Of a stretch of DNA of 64,000 nucleotides, positions 25,101 through 38,100 are shown piece after piece. Both the position numbers and the translations under genes were made by a program. The stretch is from NCBI GenBank assembly GCA_977030845.1, contig OZ365112.1:16058001-16122000 (forward strand), read 5' to 3'. Each line of letters starts with the position of its first letter. The first letter of the stretch is position 1. The notes under the pieces were generated by a model. It saw nothing but the letters and a program-made list of their open reading frames with translations. It did not search any database and had not been told where the DNA came from. The stretch is from Fimbriosthenelais zetlandica (Eukaryota).

Positions 25101-28100
25101 CATCACTTTGGGTGCAATATATAAATATGAATGCCCCATTCCAGCGTCTACTCACACTTTGGGGTCTTTTTTATGCTTTACACCTATCCATGTGGCCTCA
25201 TTGAAGGACATTAATAAACCATTTTCTGGAGCTTTTCTACCAAGCTTTCTACACTTAAAGCCTTTACCCATAAAACTGCATACATTTATGTCATTAAAGA
25301 AGTCCAATGGAACATATTCAAAAGCGCCAATCATGGCATAGTAGGCCTACTTAGTGCAATGAATATCTTAAAACTTTCAGCCGACTACTACCCCTTGTTC
25401 AGCATTCTCAGTGTACCGGCCAATTCGGCAAATGAGGGAAATGCCTATTGTCTGCTATGCCCTCCGCCGATGACGACCCTTCCACCAGCACCCACCTCTG
25501 CCCGGCAGAATGTATAGGCTTCCCCTTTCTCCGAGCTCAACCTAACCAAATCCCAAAAACATTCAATTGGTGTCATTGTGTATTAAACGCTGTAATGCAG
25601 ATTGCTCCAATGATATGACCAAGCATAAACATACTTAAATAATGTATTTATATTAAGCATTAGCCATTTTTTCAATTGTATCATTCTTGTTCCCTTTGTA
25701 TAGTATAGCTGGCAGTCTCTGTACAGTTGATACCCCGTTATCCTGAACTCACCATCCGGCGTGAGAATGTGGGCATCCCACTATCTCCTGCCTGTCTCAC
25801 GCCCCTTTGATCAGCCTACCTGGAAATGAAGCCCAGACTCCAATCTGGCCCGATTATCGCTCGCTGAACAATGTTGTTATCTGGCAAACATTCGCATGCG
25901 TCACTCACTGAAATCATGTTATGTTCTGAAAGGAAAGAAAAAGACAAATGAACTGGCTTTGTATAATACCAGCTGGGGTCGACTTGGTGTTTGGGGCTAT
26001 CAAGTTGGGAGTATCATTTTTCTCCAATGAATTTTCTTTTTCCAAACAACTTTTATTATAATTCATATCATTCATAAGACGACAGCTAAAAGGTATTGAG
26101 AAAGTGTGGTGTAATGCCAAAAAGAATTGAATGCCATGATTTTCTACCCCAATCGAGTAAGGGCCCCTATATTTTCTGGAAGGATTCGGAGGTGGTAGTT
26201 TTCCTTCATTAAAAGAAATGATAGTTTACAGGGCCCTGCCCCAGACATCAATGTTATTTCTACCTAGTGAGAGGGGATGGGACCTCCCGTCAAGAGGAAT
26301 GTTGGCGACGGGAGAAGGACGTATGAAGGCCGGTTGTTAGGGCTGAGTTCCAGGGTCCATTGCTATCTTCGCACCAGGTAGTGTCTTTGTGGTGAGGTGG
26401 GGTTATACACAGGTATCAGCGGGGAAATAAATGACTACAAAAGACTGTAATTACAGGTCCTATAGCCAGGCGTGTTTAGAGATGCCCTCACATATTTAAA
26501 GTGCCCAGTGAGATACTATTTGCATGGCATGAACTTTCTGCATACTGGAAGTATAGACACTTATATTGCTTCATGTGAGAAGAATCCATGATACTCTGTG
26601 TCCAGAATATATAAAAGCACTGGCACCTTTTATAACCCCTCATTACATTCACAAAAAGGACCTTTAAGAAAGTAGCAGGGACCTATACCTCTCAGGGGAG
26701 ATCCCGTGCATATCTTTCTGGATGTGTAGCCTTTATTTAATCTCCCTCTTACTCTTCCCACCCACCACCGATCTACCAGCATCACTCACTCCCATACATT
26801 CCTTGAGTTCTTGCCAAGCCTCCATCAACTGAGGTTGACTGCCACACGCCCGAATTTCACAGTCCAGCGACCCTGCCTCTTCCAGGCCCGAGTTAACAGA
26901 CACGAGCCTGACAGGTGATGGAACCTGCGCCAATACCCGGCAAGGATCTTCCAAAAGGATCCAATGGATCAAAGGAAGGCCTCCGATACATGTCCAGGAT
27001 GTTGGTAATGAAAAGCAATGGGCTAGACCGTCTTTGGCTGTATCAAATAGTGATTGTGATACCATCTGAAGTCTCTCATGTCTCCTCATATTTTAAACCT
27101 CACAAGATGACCGTTTAAGCCTTTCTACATTGATCTAAGCTTTATGCCATCCTGTGTGAACTTTCCCTTTAGATCATTTGTGATGATATGAATCTATAGA
27201 TTTCTTGTTCTCTTCAAGAAATTTACTGCACCGAACTCGGTGACACATATGGGCTACAATTAAGTCTTTCTTCAGTCCATACATTGCCTCAATTTAGACT
27301 TACTTTATTTCATTGGATGCATACTTAAATATCATAATAATAATTATAGAGTACATTAAGATAAGAGTTACATGACCCAAGGGTTGACATTACCTTTCAT
27401 TGTCATTCATTATTGACTTGTAGACTTATAGGAAATATGCGGGAAATTGGCATCTAGTGCAAGTTAACCTAATAAGATTCCCATCCGCATTTATCCTATC
27501 CTGTAATAATGATACTAACAAAGTCACACCGGAAATAATTTTCCGGGTGCCTATTATTCCTATTAGCCTATTCAGCCCTACTCATGACTCTATAGTTAAA
27601 CTACTCATAGTTTGTGTTATTTTACGCATTTAAAGCTCACTATATATCCTAAACAGAGCACGTCCCATTCATGCTAGGAACCGTGTGTTCTCAATGAATG
27701 CCCATCACCATGTCCAAATTGCTACTAGTTGTTATAATCGTGGGAAACCGGAAATACGAATGACTTTTGATATGACCCAACTAAACTTCCCTTTAATACA
27801 GAAGCCGTAGTAGTAGAGCTTTGGGGAGGTTTCTATAAAACTGCCCATTGTTCACTAGGTGGGACAATTGGACTTCGCAATAAGTAATGCAATCCAATGT
27901 ATGGACAAAAACAGGTTGTTAAAGTTGAATCAAATATATTTTGCCGTCCCTGGCAAGATACCGAGCTCGATTTGAGAGTGAAATGAATATGGGTTCCCTG
28001 ATAGGTTCCTTCTGAATGTGAGCGACATCACCATGGTGACGTCGTCAGCTTGGATCGGACTGCGCATGACCCATCTGCCTTTCCTGTCCTCCCACCCCAT

Positions 28101-29654
28101 GGCCTCCTGTGCCATGGCAGAGCTTGGAGAAAGCCATCGTCACAGATCTCTTAAAACAAATGTAAATACCAAGACCAAGAGTCCAAAGCTATGTTTAGTT
28201 CTATGAACACAAGAAATATAGGCCTAACGCTGACTGGAGACCAAATGTTTCATTGTCATAAAGCGCCATAGAGATCGTGACCTCCATCACAAATACATCT
28301 CCCCTTTAACTTAGGTCCAATCTCCTCATTAATTTCAGCCAAAGCAAAAATAGAGAAAGGAAAATAAAATAAGACAGGTACTCTATACCAGGCCCCATCA
28401 TGGCTACATCCATCTTCATTTCACTATCATTTTTTTTGCAACAGTATCGGTTTACAATATGTCTTGAAAGTTGAATGCTGTGAACGAACACATACTTTGA
28501 TTGTTCATGCGTAAAATTTGCATATACCATTTAGAAAGCAAATCATTAACAGTAGAGACAGTAGTCAATGGGAGCGTTCCTATTTTCTGACAAAAGGACC
28601 CGATAAAACTTCATCAGAAACGTTTGGCCACACAAGTTTATCCAAAAGGCCCCGATTCATCCATCAACTTTGAAAAGACTGAATGGGGATATGTCACAGA
28701 ATTCCTTTAAAATTAAAGAATTACATAGCAATAAGTATGTACCACTATATCAAGGCTGTTGATAATAATACTGATTATCTTCTCGTAGCCTTTTTGGAAG
28801 TCATCCCAATACAGTCTAACAATAAATTTATATGAAATAATGGGCAAAAATATGTTGTAGTGGACTTATACTAAGTTACAGGCATTTTAAAGATAATGAA
28901 ATTGCTGTTGAAAAAAATAATCCTACCATATATGCTCTATATATTTTTAAAAAACAAAAAAACTGTATAGGTAAATTACAGAGGTGGCTTAGGGTTCTTC
29001 TATTAAGGAATCAAATGCATATGATAAAGTAGCATCATATCAGCTTTCAAGTATTTATGACCATGAAGAGTTTAACAACAGATCAATTCCAAACTGAGTT
29101 TACAGTATACTGCCAGGTGTCATGAACTCTAATTATCCGTAGCGACGACTAGGACCTGTCATCACATATAATGTATCTTTAAAGCAACGGTTCATCGGAC
29201 CAATTATGCCTAATTGTCAGCCTCTTCCTTTTTCGCCTTTGGTGGCGACTATGCAGGGGTTGACAGCTCAGTTGACCATGAAAGATCAACATTTCAACAG
29301 GGATGACACCTTCCTGCGCACGCATATATAACGATCACAGGGCTGGGTATTGTGGACATAAAACTCCTCCAGCTGGTGGCTGGGCTCTGGTATCCAGCAC
29401 AATATAAGCATGAAATAAATTTAATTGGCTTTAGGAGAGAGAAAGGCTGAGCCTCTAAAGAAGTCGTTCGTGTGAGGCGAGCGGTGACAGTGAAACGTAG
29501 TGACATTGTGGCTTTTGTCCGTCTGTTTGCTTTTCGAGCCCCAGAAGCCCTGCCACACCTGCCTTCACAAAATGCGGAAATCTTGGTGCTTTATTGGGGC
29601 AAAGGAACACCCAAAAAGAACACTCCCTAAAACATGCGTCGGAGGGGATGTGTT

Positions 29655-29670
29655 GGGGTGGGGGGGGGGG
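29655..29670. repeat. Poly-G tract
   Basis: ggggt followed by 11 G. Confidence 0.9.
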
Positions 29671-32477
29671 TAAATAATGATGCCTTTACCTATTTTTTTA
29701 ACATTTGATCTTGGTTTAGTCCCACTTAATTTGTTATCTTAATTTCTAGTGTCCCTAGGATTTCACTGTGACGTGTTACAATCCACGACTGCCACGACAC
29801 AACCATGATCGTCACTTTTGGCTTGCTGTCTCTATTGTAGAATATCCAAAAGAAGATGTATGTCAATCTCACTGGGCAAAGGTTTGTAAGTTCCTCTTTC
29901 CCAATCTTAATTACTTTATCCAAGATAGACATCTTAATATTCAAGAAAGGTAATCGGATATCCTAATGTGCAGGTAGGATCGTTGGAAACACAAAGTGTT
30001 TGACTATACACTAAATGAGATTGTTAAATTAACAGTGTTGAGCGTTGCCTTCACACTGATAGACATGTAATGTAATACCTAACAGGGTCTCCCTTTACAT
30101 CCCCCTTCTCAGTCCAAAACAGCTAAAATCTCATCATTGGAGCATATGTTTCACTTTGCATTGTTCAACTCTATAGGATACTACATTGACACGATTCTAG
30201 ATTTGGGGTCATGTCTCTTCTTATGGATTGACTTGATGACAAATGTTCGTAAATGCAGACGAAATTTCCCATACTAACGGCTGCCTTAGACCCATTCCCC
30301 TCATCAGGAAAGCTTCTCTCGTATTAGTCCACCACCTAATTATTCCCCAAACACCATTCTGTACACATCAGTACTGGGCATCGTGACCCCAAAGGCCCCG
30401 TGATCTTTATATTTAAGTGCAGCCCTCAATTAGAAATTGTTAATTCTTCACTGCGTGTCAATATTATGGCATCGTCCCCGTTATCTCCCGGAGTCCAGCG
30501 TCCGCTCGATAATATCCGACCACCTCCGGAAGTCAAAGGTTACATCAACGCATGCGCAAGCCTTGCTCTCTGCCATGGAATCAATTTGCTAGCAGAATTG
30601 GGCGATAATAGCAGAATTGATGTTTACCTTGGGTGGACAGTTTGCGGCCACATCCGCAGTCCGTTATTTGTCGCTGTCGCGCCTGTTGATCCCTGAGCGC
30701 GCATCTCTGATCTATTGTGTCATCTCCTTGACCACGTGACCCATCGCTCACTGACATTGCGACATATATGGCCCTCGATGACATTGGAAGGTCGTTGGTG
30801 ATATTTGTAGGTGCGCGGCAGGGAAATACATGTTCGTTTGGGGACAGTTCCTGACATTTTATTTAGGGATTTAGGGTCTGCAATGACGGATATTATTTAT
30901 ATTCAATAATTTATCATTTCTGAAGAAGAATGAGAGCAGAGTTTATTTTTAAATGCTGTAGAAAGTGAACCGAGACAGTTTTACGTATAGGTCTACTGCT
31001 TAGTCAAACTTGAGCCCAGTCTTAAAGGCTTGGATAAAGTGTCGGCTACCCCTAGTTTCAACATTTAATTTATGTACTTCCATAGAATAGTATGGAACAT
31101 TCTGAGTAGGCTACTTTCCAGCCCATGATGTTAAGTTTGGGCATATGTCCTAATACAATAATAACTGAAATTATCTATGTTGCCGGATGTGTGATAGCAA
31201 ATGCCTAGTATGTTTTGTGGTTATAATTATGGAGCATGCAACTGTTACAAAAACAATCACAGATTGACAAGTTGTCTTTAACGCAGAACTTTTTAAAGGG
31301 CATTTAATTCATAGAAGAACGTTAAAAATAAAATGGAAAATATTTGTTACATCTGGTTTCTCTAGGGAATGATCATGAAAATAATTATAATCAAGTGAAC
31401 AGGCCTTAATATGATTTATCATAATATTATAGGTTATAGAGGCTAGGTTCGTGTTTCCTGAATTTCAGTTTGTTTCCATGTTGCAAAAGGACTATTATTA
31501 TAGGAACATTGTAGTCTATTCATTGTTCGCAATGTCACTTCCCATAGCTCTGACTCCATGGGAGGTGTCCCTAGCGTTTCCCATAAGATAATGATATCTT
31601 ATATTCTGTTTCCATTTTTTACTGAACTGTCAATCCCAGAATTAGGGGAATTTATTGCAAGAAAGGCAATAGGCATCATGCACATGTACCTATGCAGACC
31701 AGTGAGGTCAAGCCTATGTAGACAGACATTGTTGTCGCTAGCTGATGATTACTGTCATTCAAAACAAAAACATGCAGTGTACATGGAATACCAAACGACA
31801 GTGACCTTTCAGAGACAGGTTGGTAATGATATGCTTCCTCATGCCTGTGTCTTTAATTAGGAGTTAGTTTGGAGAAAGGCCAAAGGACAACTTGAGGGAC
31901 CACGAACACTGTTTCGAGAAGGACATAAAATTAAGCAGACTGCTATATATTAGAGTCTGCTCTGAATCAACTTAATATTCTGAATGTACTGTAGTATACA
32001 TGTAAACGTGTAGGCCCTACATTCATGCATTTTGCCACGGTGAAGGAATTCCCTCAATTAAAGGATGTCATTTGGGTATTTTGCATATAAAATCTATTAT
32101 AGTGGATGCTAGTAAAGGTATGTTTCCGTCCAGATATACAATGTACTTCTTACGCCATAATGTAGATAATGTTGCAGCTTTAATATAATAATATTATACC
32201 AATTAAGAATGTCATCATGCAACTCCAGCTCAGTATACCCAATGCACCTGAGTTCTTGAGTTTAATTAGTCCCGGAAACAATTACTCACTTATTATAGTC
32301 AAATTACACCTACTCATAAGCAGCATGTCTCGTGTTTCTCAGCCATTTGCCAACCGACCTAAGTACAACACATTCAAAACCTGCAGGGCCATAGATCATA
32401 TAGTGACCCCGCATCCCAACCCCCCCACCAATGGCCACCCACCCATCCTGTGACCCCCTAGCTACATGTAGACCTAC

Positions 32478-32570
32478 TTACCCACTCACTCATTCATTCT
32501 CTAGCTCACTCACTTCCCCCTCACCCACTCCCTCACTCACTCACTCACCCCTCCCCCACCTCACTCACTT
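32478..32570. repeat. Degenerate (CACT)n microsatellite
   Basis: Many cact/cacc/catt units (ctcactcactcactcaccc...). Confidence 0.85.
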
Positions 32571-33900
32571 TCTAGAATAGGCCTGGTGTGTAGCAGGTGT
32601 TTAAAAGGAATGACATTTATTTCAATATTTCGACGTTTTGTGATTGCGATTTATGACAGAGTAAATAAAAGCAGGTGGTAAAATACTTCCAAACAGGTGC
32701 TAGTTTGCTACCGTAAAGATCATTCCATTTCACAGAAAGTAAAATATCTGGGCTGGGTACATTTGTTTAAACTATAATGATTTATCGAAAATACTTATTA
32801 ACCAAAGACTTAGTAACTTTACAGACCATCTATTATATATGAAGGAGTTACATTCTGATTCGTAATGAAATGATGTTTTCATTACAAGATCTATATGAAA
32901 AAAAAGGTGAAAGGAAGCCCTGTCATCATTTTCAATTTCAAATTCATTAACCATATACATTGACGTATTGAGGCAATTACATGTGCCTCTATAGCAAATC
33001 ATAAGTCGTCTCCGTTTTAGAATTTCTTGAGACATACATCTACCGTGGCCTGGTGAAAGAGAGTAAATTATCCATAGATGTGAAGGATTGTAACATAATC
33101 TCTTACAAGGATTATAGTTTCTCAGTGTCAAAAGTAATCATAAATCAAAATGATGACAGTTTTGACAGATGTCCCCCAACTATGTAATATCTACACCGTT
33201 GATAAGATATGTGATTAACTTGTTCCAAACTTCTCAGTTTCAACCCTCAGGGAATGGGATGTATAGGGGCCCATGGAAGAAGGAAACAGCATGTATATAT
33301 TTCCAAGAAGGAATGACCTATGGCATAAAATCTCCCCTTTCTTTTCATACTTGCACAGCTTGATAATTCTGACTCGTTCTCTCGAAATGTATAGTCAGGA
33401 ATTATTATTTTAGGCGTCAATGTCTCAAGACATTGTATATCTTATATTGGCTTTACAGGTGTAATCAATCATTATCCATCTATGGACAAGTCCACAAAGG
33501 CAGGACTCCCTATGGACTGGTGGATGGTACATGTCTACTCAGGGTTACTCTCTCTCACCCCACAATAGAGATATGGTCAGAGTTCATACCTGTGTCATAT
33601 GAAATACAACTCACAACATATAAAAGGAACAGAAATGCAAACTGTCAATATTTTGGCACATGTAAACCCATGGAAGATTATAAGATTGCATTCTTACTTA
33701 TTCTAAGCTTCTTTAATCCATACCTAATCACTTGGACAACATGTGCCAAAATATTGAGAGTTTGCATTTCTGTTCAGCAGCACCAGCACCATCATCACCT
33801 CTTGAAACTGATATTTTTATCTGATCTTTCCAGGTGCTGCGATTTTGTTAAAGACAAGGTAATACTCCCACTTCGTCCTCGGGTTATAGGGACCGCTGAG

Positions 33901-33935
33901 ACACAGCTGACCACCCGTAAACACAGCTGACCACC
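33901..33935. repeat. Tandem duplication, 15-bp identity at 20-bp period
   Basis: acacagctgaccacc at 33901-33915 and 33921-33935; each copy contains a CAGCTG E-box. Confidence 0.85.
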
Positions 33936-34149
33936 GCCAAGCACTCATGGCATGCACTGACCAGCGGGGAACATACACCTATACCTCCTCCTTCTCCTTG
34001 TGTAACAAATTAATCCTATTGAGAGACCCTTCTCCTCGTTATATCTGCATAATAAAGACTGGCAGATAATGTAATCCTTAGATGTCGCCTAACCTCTCTT
34101 TTTCCATCTTGTACAGCCAAACGGACGGTGTTAAATAAAAACAATCAAG

Positions 34150-35175
34150 CTATTTTGGTCTCAAGCTTCATTGCGCAACTGCCTGGGCCAGGCGCTCGCA
34201 CACTTCCGCCGCTCACGACTGAAATCAAGCTAAACATGAAATAGAGGAGGGTGCATTTTTCGTCGGACAAGGACTTAGCACAATCTGTGTCACGACTCCA
34301 GTTTGGAAAATCTTAAATATCTCGGGAACCAGTAGGTCTTTTTTCAAATTTCAAAATGAAAAATCTTAGTTGGGAAAATGTCTAGCGGGTGATATACTTA
34401 ATAAACGCGAAAACTGCTTCTAAAAATTTCGATTTTCAAAAATGATGCAATTTTCAAAGCGGTTCAAGTTTCCAATCCGAATCTCTGCAAAGGCTCTGGT
34501 AAAAGCTAAATGACCGGCACAGTGGCGCCCTCAGGTGGTCGGCGAAACCTCTCGCTGTCCCCCCACCCCCACTGAAACTCTCTGACCACTGAAGCGTTGA
34601 AAAAGTTGAGGCTATTTTTGGCCAATTTTGTCTCCAACTTTACCTCCTCCCATGATCCTTTGCGGCGCGATTTCTGAAAAGTCTAATATCTCCGCAAATA
34701 ATGGGTCTAAAATTACAATTGAAACGGATTATTCTTAGTTGGGAGACAATCCAGGCGTCTATGTATTTTGTTTGCAAATAAAGTTCATATAAAATTTCGG
34801 ATTTTGAAAATGATGTCAATTTGAGGTCTTTAGCATTGATCTCTATGGAAGGAGCAGGCCAGCGCGACAGTGGCGACCCGAGTGAACCCGAGATTTGCAG
34901 CGGCAATAAAGTGAACTAGCACACTATGATCTAGGCATCTAGAACTCAAAAACGGGTACATTTTCAAAATCTCAACTTTTAAATCAAGTTTATTAATTCA
35001 AAAAGTATGTCCTAACATAGTTCGGATCTCAACTAAGATAATTCAGAAAAGATCGTAATTTTAGGCCCAGTAGTTTTCGAGAAATTAAAGAAATAAAAAA
35101 TCTGTCATTTTTATGAACTACTCACAAACGCTCGAGGCGCGCATAATTACGGCCACTAGAGGAACTAAGTCTTAT
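34150..35175. mobile_element. Non-autonomous DNA-type or rolling-circle-type repeat with three diverged internal core copies; boundaries approximate
   Basis: Anchors aatatctc / tcttagttggga / aaaatttcg recur at a 368-369 bp offset (34316 vs 34685, 34364 vs 34733, 34423 vs 34791). A third, inverted copy lies at about 34955-35086. A small palindrome GCCTGG-G-CCAGGC sits at 34181-34193. No ORF. Confidence 0.55.
34524..34538 (-). promoter_or_regulatory. CTCF-like motif inside the 34-35 kb repeat
   Basis: Minus strand CCACCTGAGGGCGCC, one mismatch to CCACCAGAGGGCGC. Confidence 0.3.
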
Positions 35176-38100
35176 TGAATTAACGTTGGTCTCCTTGTTT
35201 CGTATATTATAAAGCTTAGATCTATATCTCTAGTTCTATGGTATTACATTCAAGCTTAGACAAAATATTATATCCTGCGTTGCAACGGCTCCTATATTAT
35301 AGGTGACATGTACTTTGCACCTATTCTGAATGTTTTGACCGGTGGAGTTCGTTTTAGCTGCTGCCAGGGGTTGCGTCGTAGTAAGGGGCGTTATCAGCAC
35401 ACTTATGGCCCATTTCTGAAATAAATTACTGTTCAATTAATTCAAACAATTAAAAGAATCGAGAATCGTACATAGGTTTTGGGACAACAAAATATTTCAT
35501 AAATGATGCCTTAACTTTGGTCCCGTTGAATTAGCACTGACGAAATTGAGAATATTTCAGAGTGTTTTCTAAGAGGAAATATAATTTAATGGAGTTAAAT
35601 ACAAAATATGAATAGATGAAAAGCCTATTTACCTGCACACATGATATCTGTGGTCAGGGACCTCTTGAATATTCAATAAAAGGGGCGAAAACGCTTCTTT
35701 CGTTCAGTTTGCACCGAACGATAGTTCACGCTTCTGGGGTGACGTCGGAGAAAGGGGTGCTATCATCACTCAGCCATTTCTGAAATAAATTACAGTTCAA
35801 TTGAGTCAATATCCACTACCAGCCTGACGGACTTCTCTCAGGAGTAACCTGTGTCATATGAATTATAGAATAATATAGGCCTAATACACATCTCATCAAA
35901 TACATGTTTTCACCTGCTTCATACATATAAAGACGTATATACATTGTACGTTCTGTGTAACTTATTTGCAAACACTCCTTAAAATTATTTCTGATAGTAG
36001 TCTTTTTGCCTAGTGGTTTTATGTAAGTAAGTAAATAAGTATTTTTTTTAAATTGGTAATTATTTTGATTGCCTTTTCTGAATATTATTCGATGCATAAT
36101 TCTGTATCCCAATTCAAAAATTCTAATTACAAACGGACTTGTTGATCTTAAATTTAGTTTTTCTTGGCAAAGTTCCCAGTGTATGTCCGAATGAATAAAT
36201 GCCACCGGGAATGCCACTTACTTATGGAGCACGCAATTAGGTGAATCATATACATGTATGTACACAGATGTTATATATATAGTAATATATATGATGAAAT
36301 TAACCCGATTAAGCATTGTCATGACGTTCGTATAATATATTATGATGTAGGCCTAAATTCCAAGTTAGATTCTGTCTTGAGTATACCAAATTCATTTGAG
36401 GCTATATTATTATGTTGGCCTATAAATTAGGAATTTCGCCCTAAAAAGTTTTAAAAAAAACATAAATCTAATACATACATCAAATATAGAAGCCCATGTC
36501 AAATTTCCTGTTTGGGTCCCCACAGGTATGTCCCCATTAGGCCTATATATACTGATAATTGGGCCTGTTTACTATCATGCCAATATTACTATGTCAAATA
36601 GAATTCATTTCAATAAAATAAGCGCACTTTATCTGCCTTTCGTTGTTATATTTGCCATGGGACCTAATATACCTATTATTGGTGAAGTCTAACAAGCCTT
36701 CCATGCTACCTTCATAATACCCAGTATCAATTACATATCCATTCAAACCAATTTGCTTGGCAAATTGATATAATTGGTGCGCACATTTAAGTTCATTTCT
36801 GACCTAAAGAATTCTCCCTTGCCAACAATGTAACCCAGTGCTTCCTTCATCAGACCTCCTGTTCCAAACATATGGTCCCCAAGTCTGACGTGCAATTATG
36901 ATATATTAAACGTCAAAATGCCTAAAGTCCCGACTGGTGGTTTTCACCACCGTAACCCCAGAAAAAATCGCAGGGGAGGGGTTAGTCCAAGGGCAGGCCA
37001 GGTGTGCACAGGTAAGGGCAAAATCCTTATGAGAGGGCGTGGGGACGTTAGGGTGGAGCCAGCCATGGTATTACATACAGGGCCGCGGGCTCAGTTTCGG
37101 TAGTAAGCAACATGTTGTAATTGCCTCCTCTAATCATAATGCTGTGAGATTATATCTGACAACCCGTGACTACCCGTCAGTCAATTGTGGGTGGAGGTAA
37201 AGTCCTTTGGTATACGGTATTGACACATTATGATGCGCGCCCTATAATAAGTATTTTGTTGGCTGTAAATATTGCCAAGAGGGATTTTGAAATCGTTGCT
37301 GTTGCATCCCAGGGGAGGGTTAGGAAACAGTATATTGTTCCCTTACCGAACATTAGAATGTTGACATGAGTTGCTATTCAGCTGAATATACATGTATTCT
37401 AATGTAAAATCCTCTCAAGATGATACTAAAATTAAAACAGACTTGAGGTGTTGAATGATTTATGGTATAGGAGACGTTTAAGCTGAATGATACTGTACAT
37501 TAAGCAGCCAATTAGGCAATGTTCTGACGGTAAGGGGGTGGTTTTAAGCATGATACCTATCCATCCTTCTCGCCTGTCAAGACCTCCGTAACGCTCCTCA
37601 CCTTTCTGGTGGGTGAGATTTTGGTTATCCACGTGCCATACAATCCATTTAGTGGCTTTTGCTGTGATCTGGTCACTGACCCGCAACTTAGATCTTATTC
37701 TATTAGATGATGGCTCGCGACGAGATCGGCCAAGCATTGGCTTGTCAGTTGATCTTAGATTGCTATATCACCCCATTCAATAATCTATCGGATCCACCAT
37801 GTGCATCCAAGCTGAGGTGGTCCCACGCAAACATCCCAATTCAACATGACAGTGACTAACACTTTACAAACCACTTGACACTCTATCTATTCCTTTATTT
37901 TCATTCATTTTTTAATAAACGTCTTGTAAGACTTTTTTTTTTACATTTGATAAAACAAAACTATAGTAAGTAAATCTTAATTCCTCTTGTAATCTATACA
38001 GGAGCATACACTGGAGAAAAAATGGCAACAAGGATGAATTTTTTTTATGGAATGACAATTTAATTGTGAGGGTTTTCACTAACCACGTGGACTGATCCGT

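Noticed and set aside
33433-33930. Longest ORF in the track (165 aa)
   Set aside because: No domain and no consistent splice signals; runs into a short tandem repeat; starts at a non-ATG codon.
37230-37345. Minus-strand LFPNPPW resembling an N6-adenine methyltransferase motif IV (DIRS-type)
   Set aside because: Isolated 4-residue match between stops; no RT, RNase H or recombinase remnants recognised nearby.
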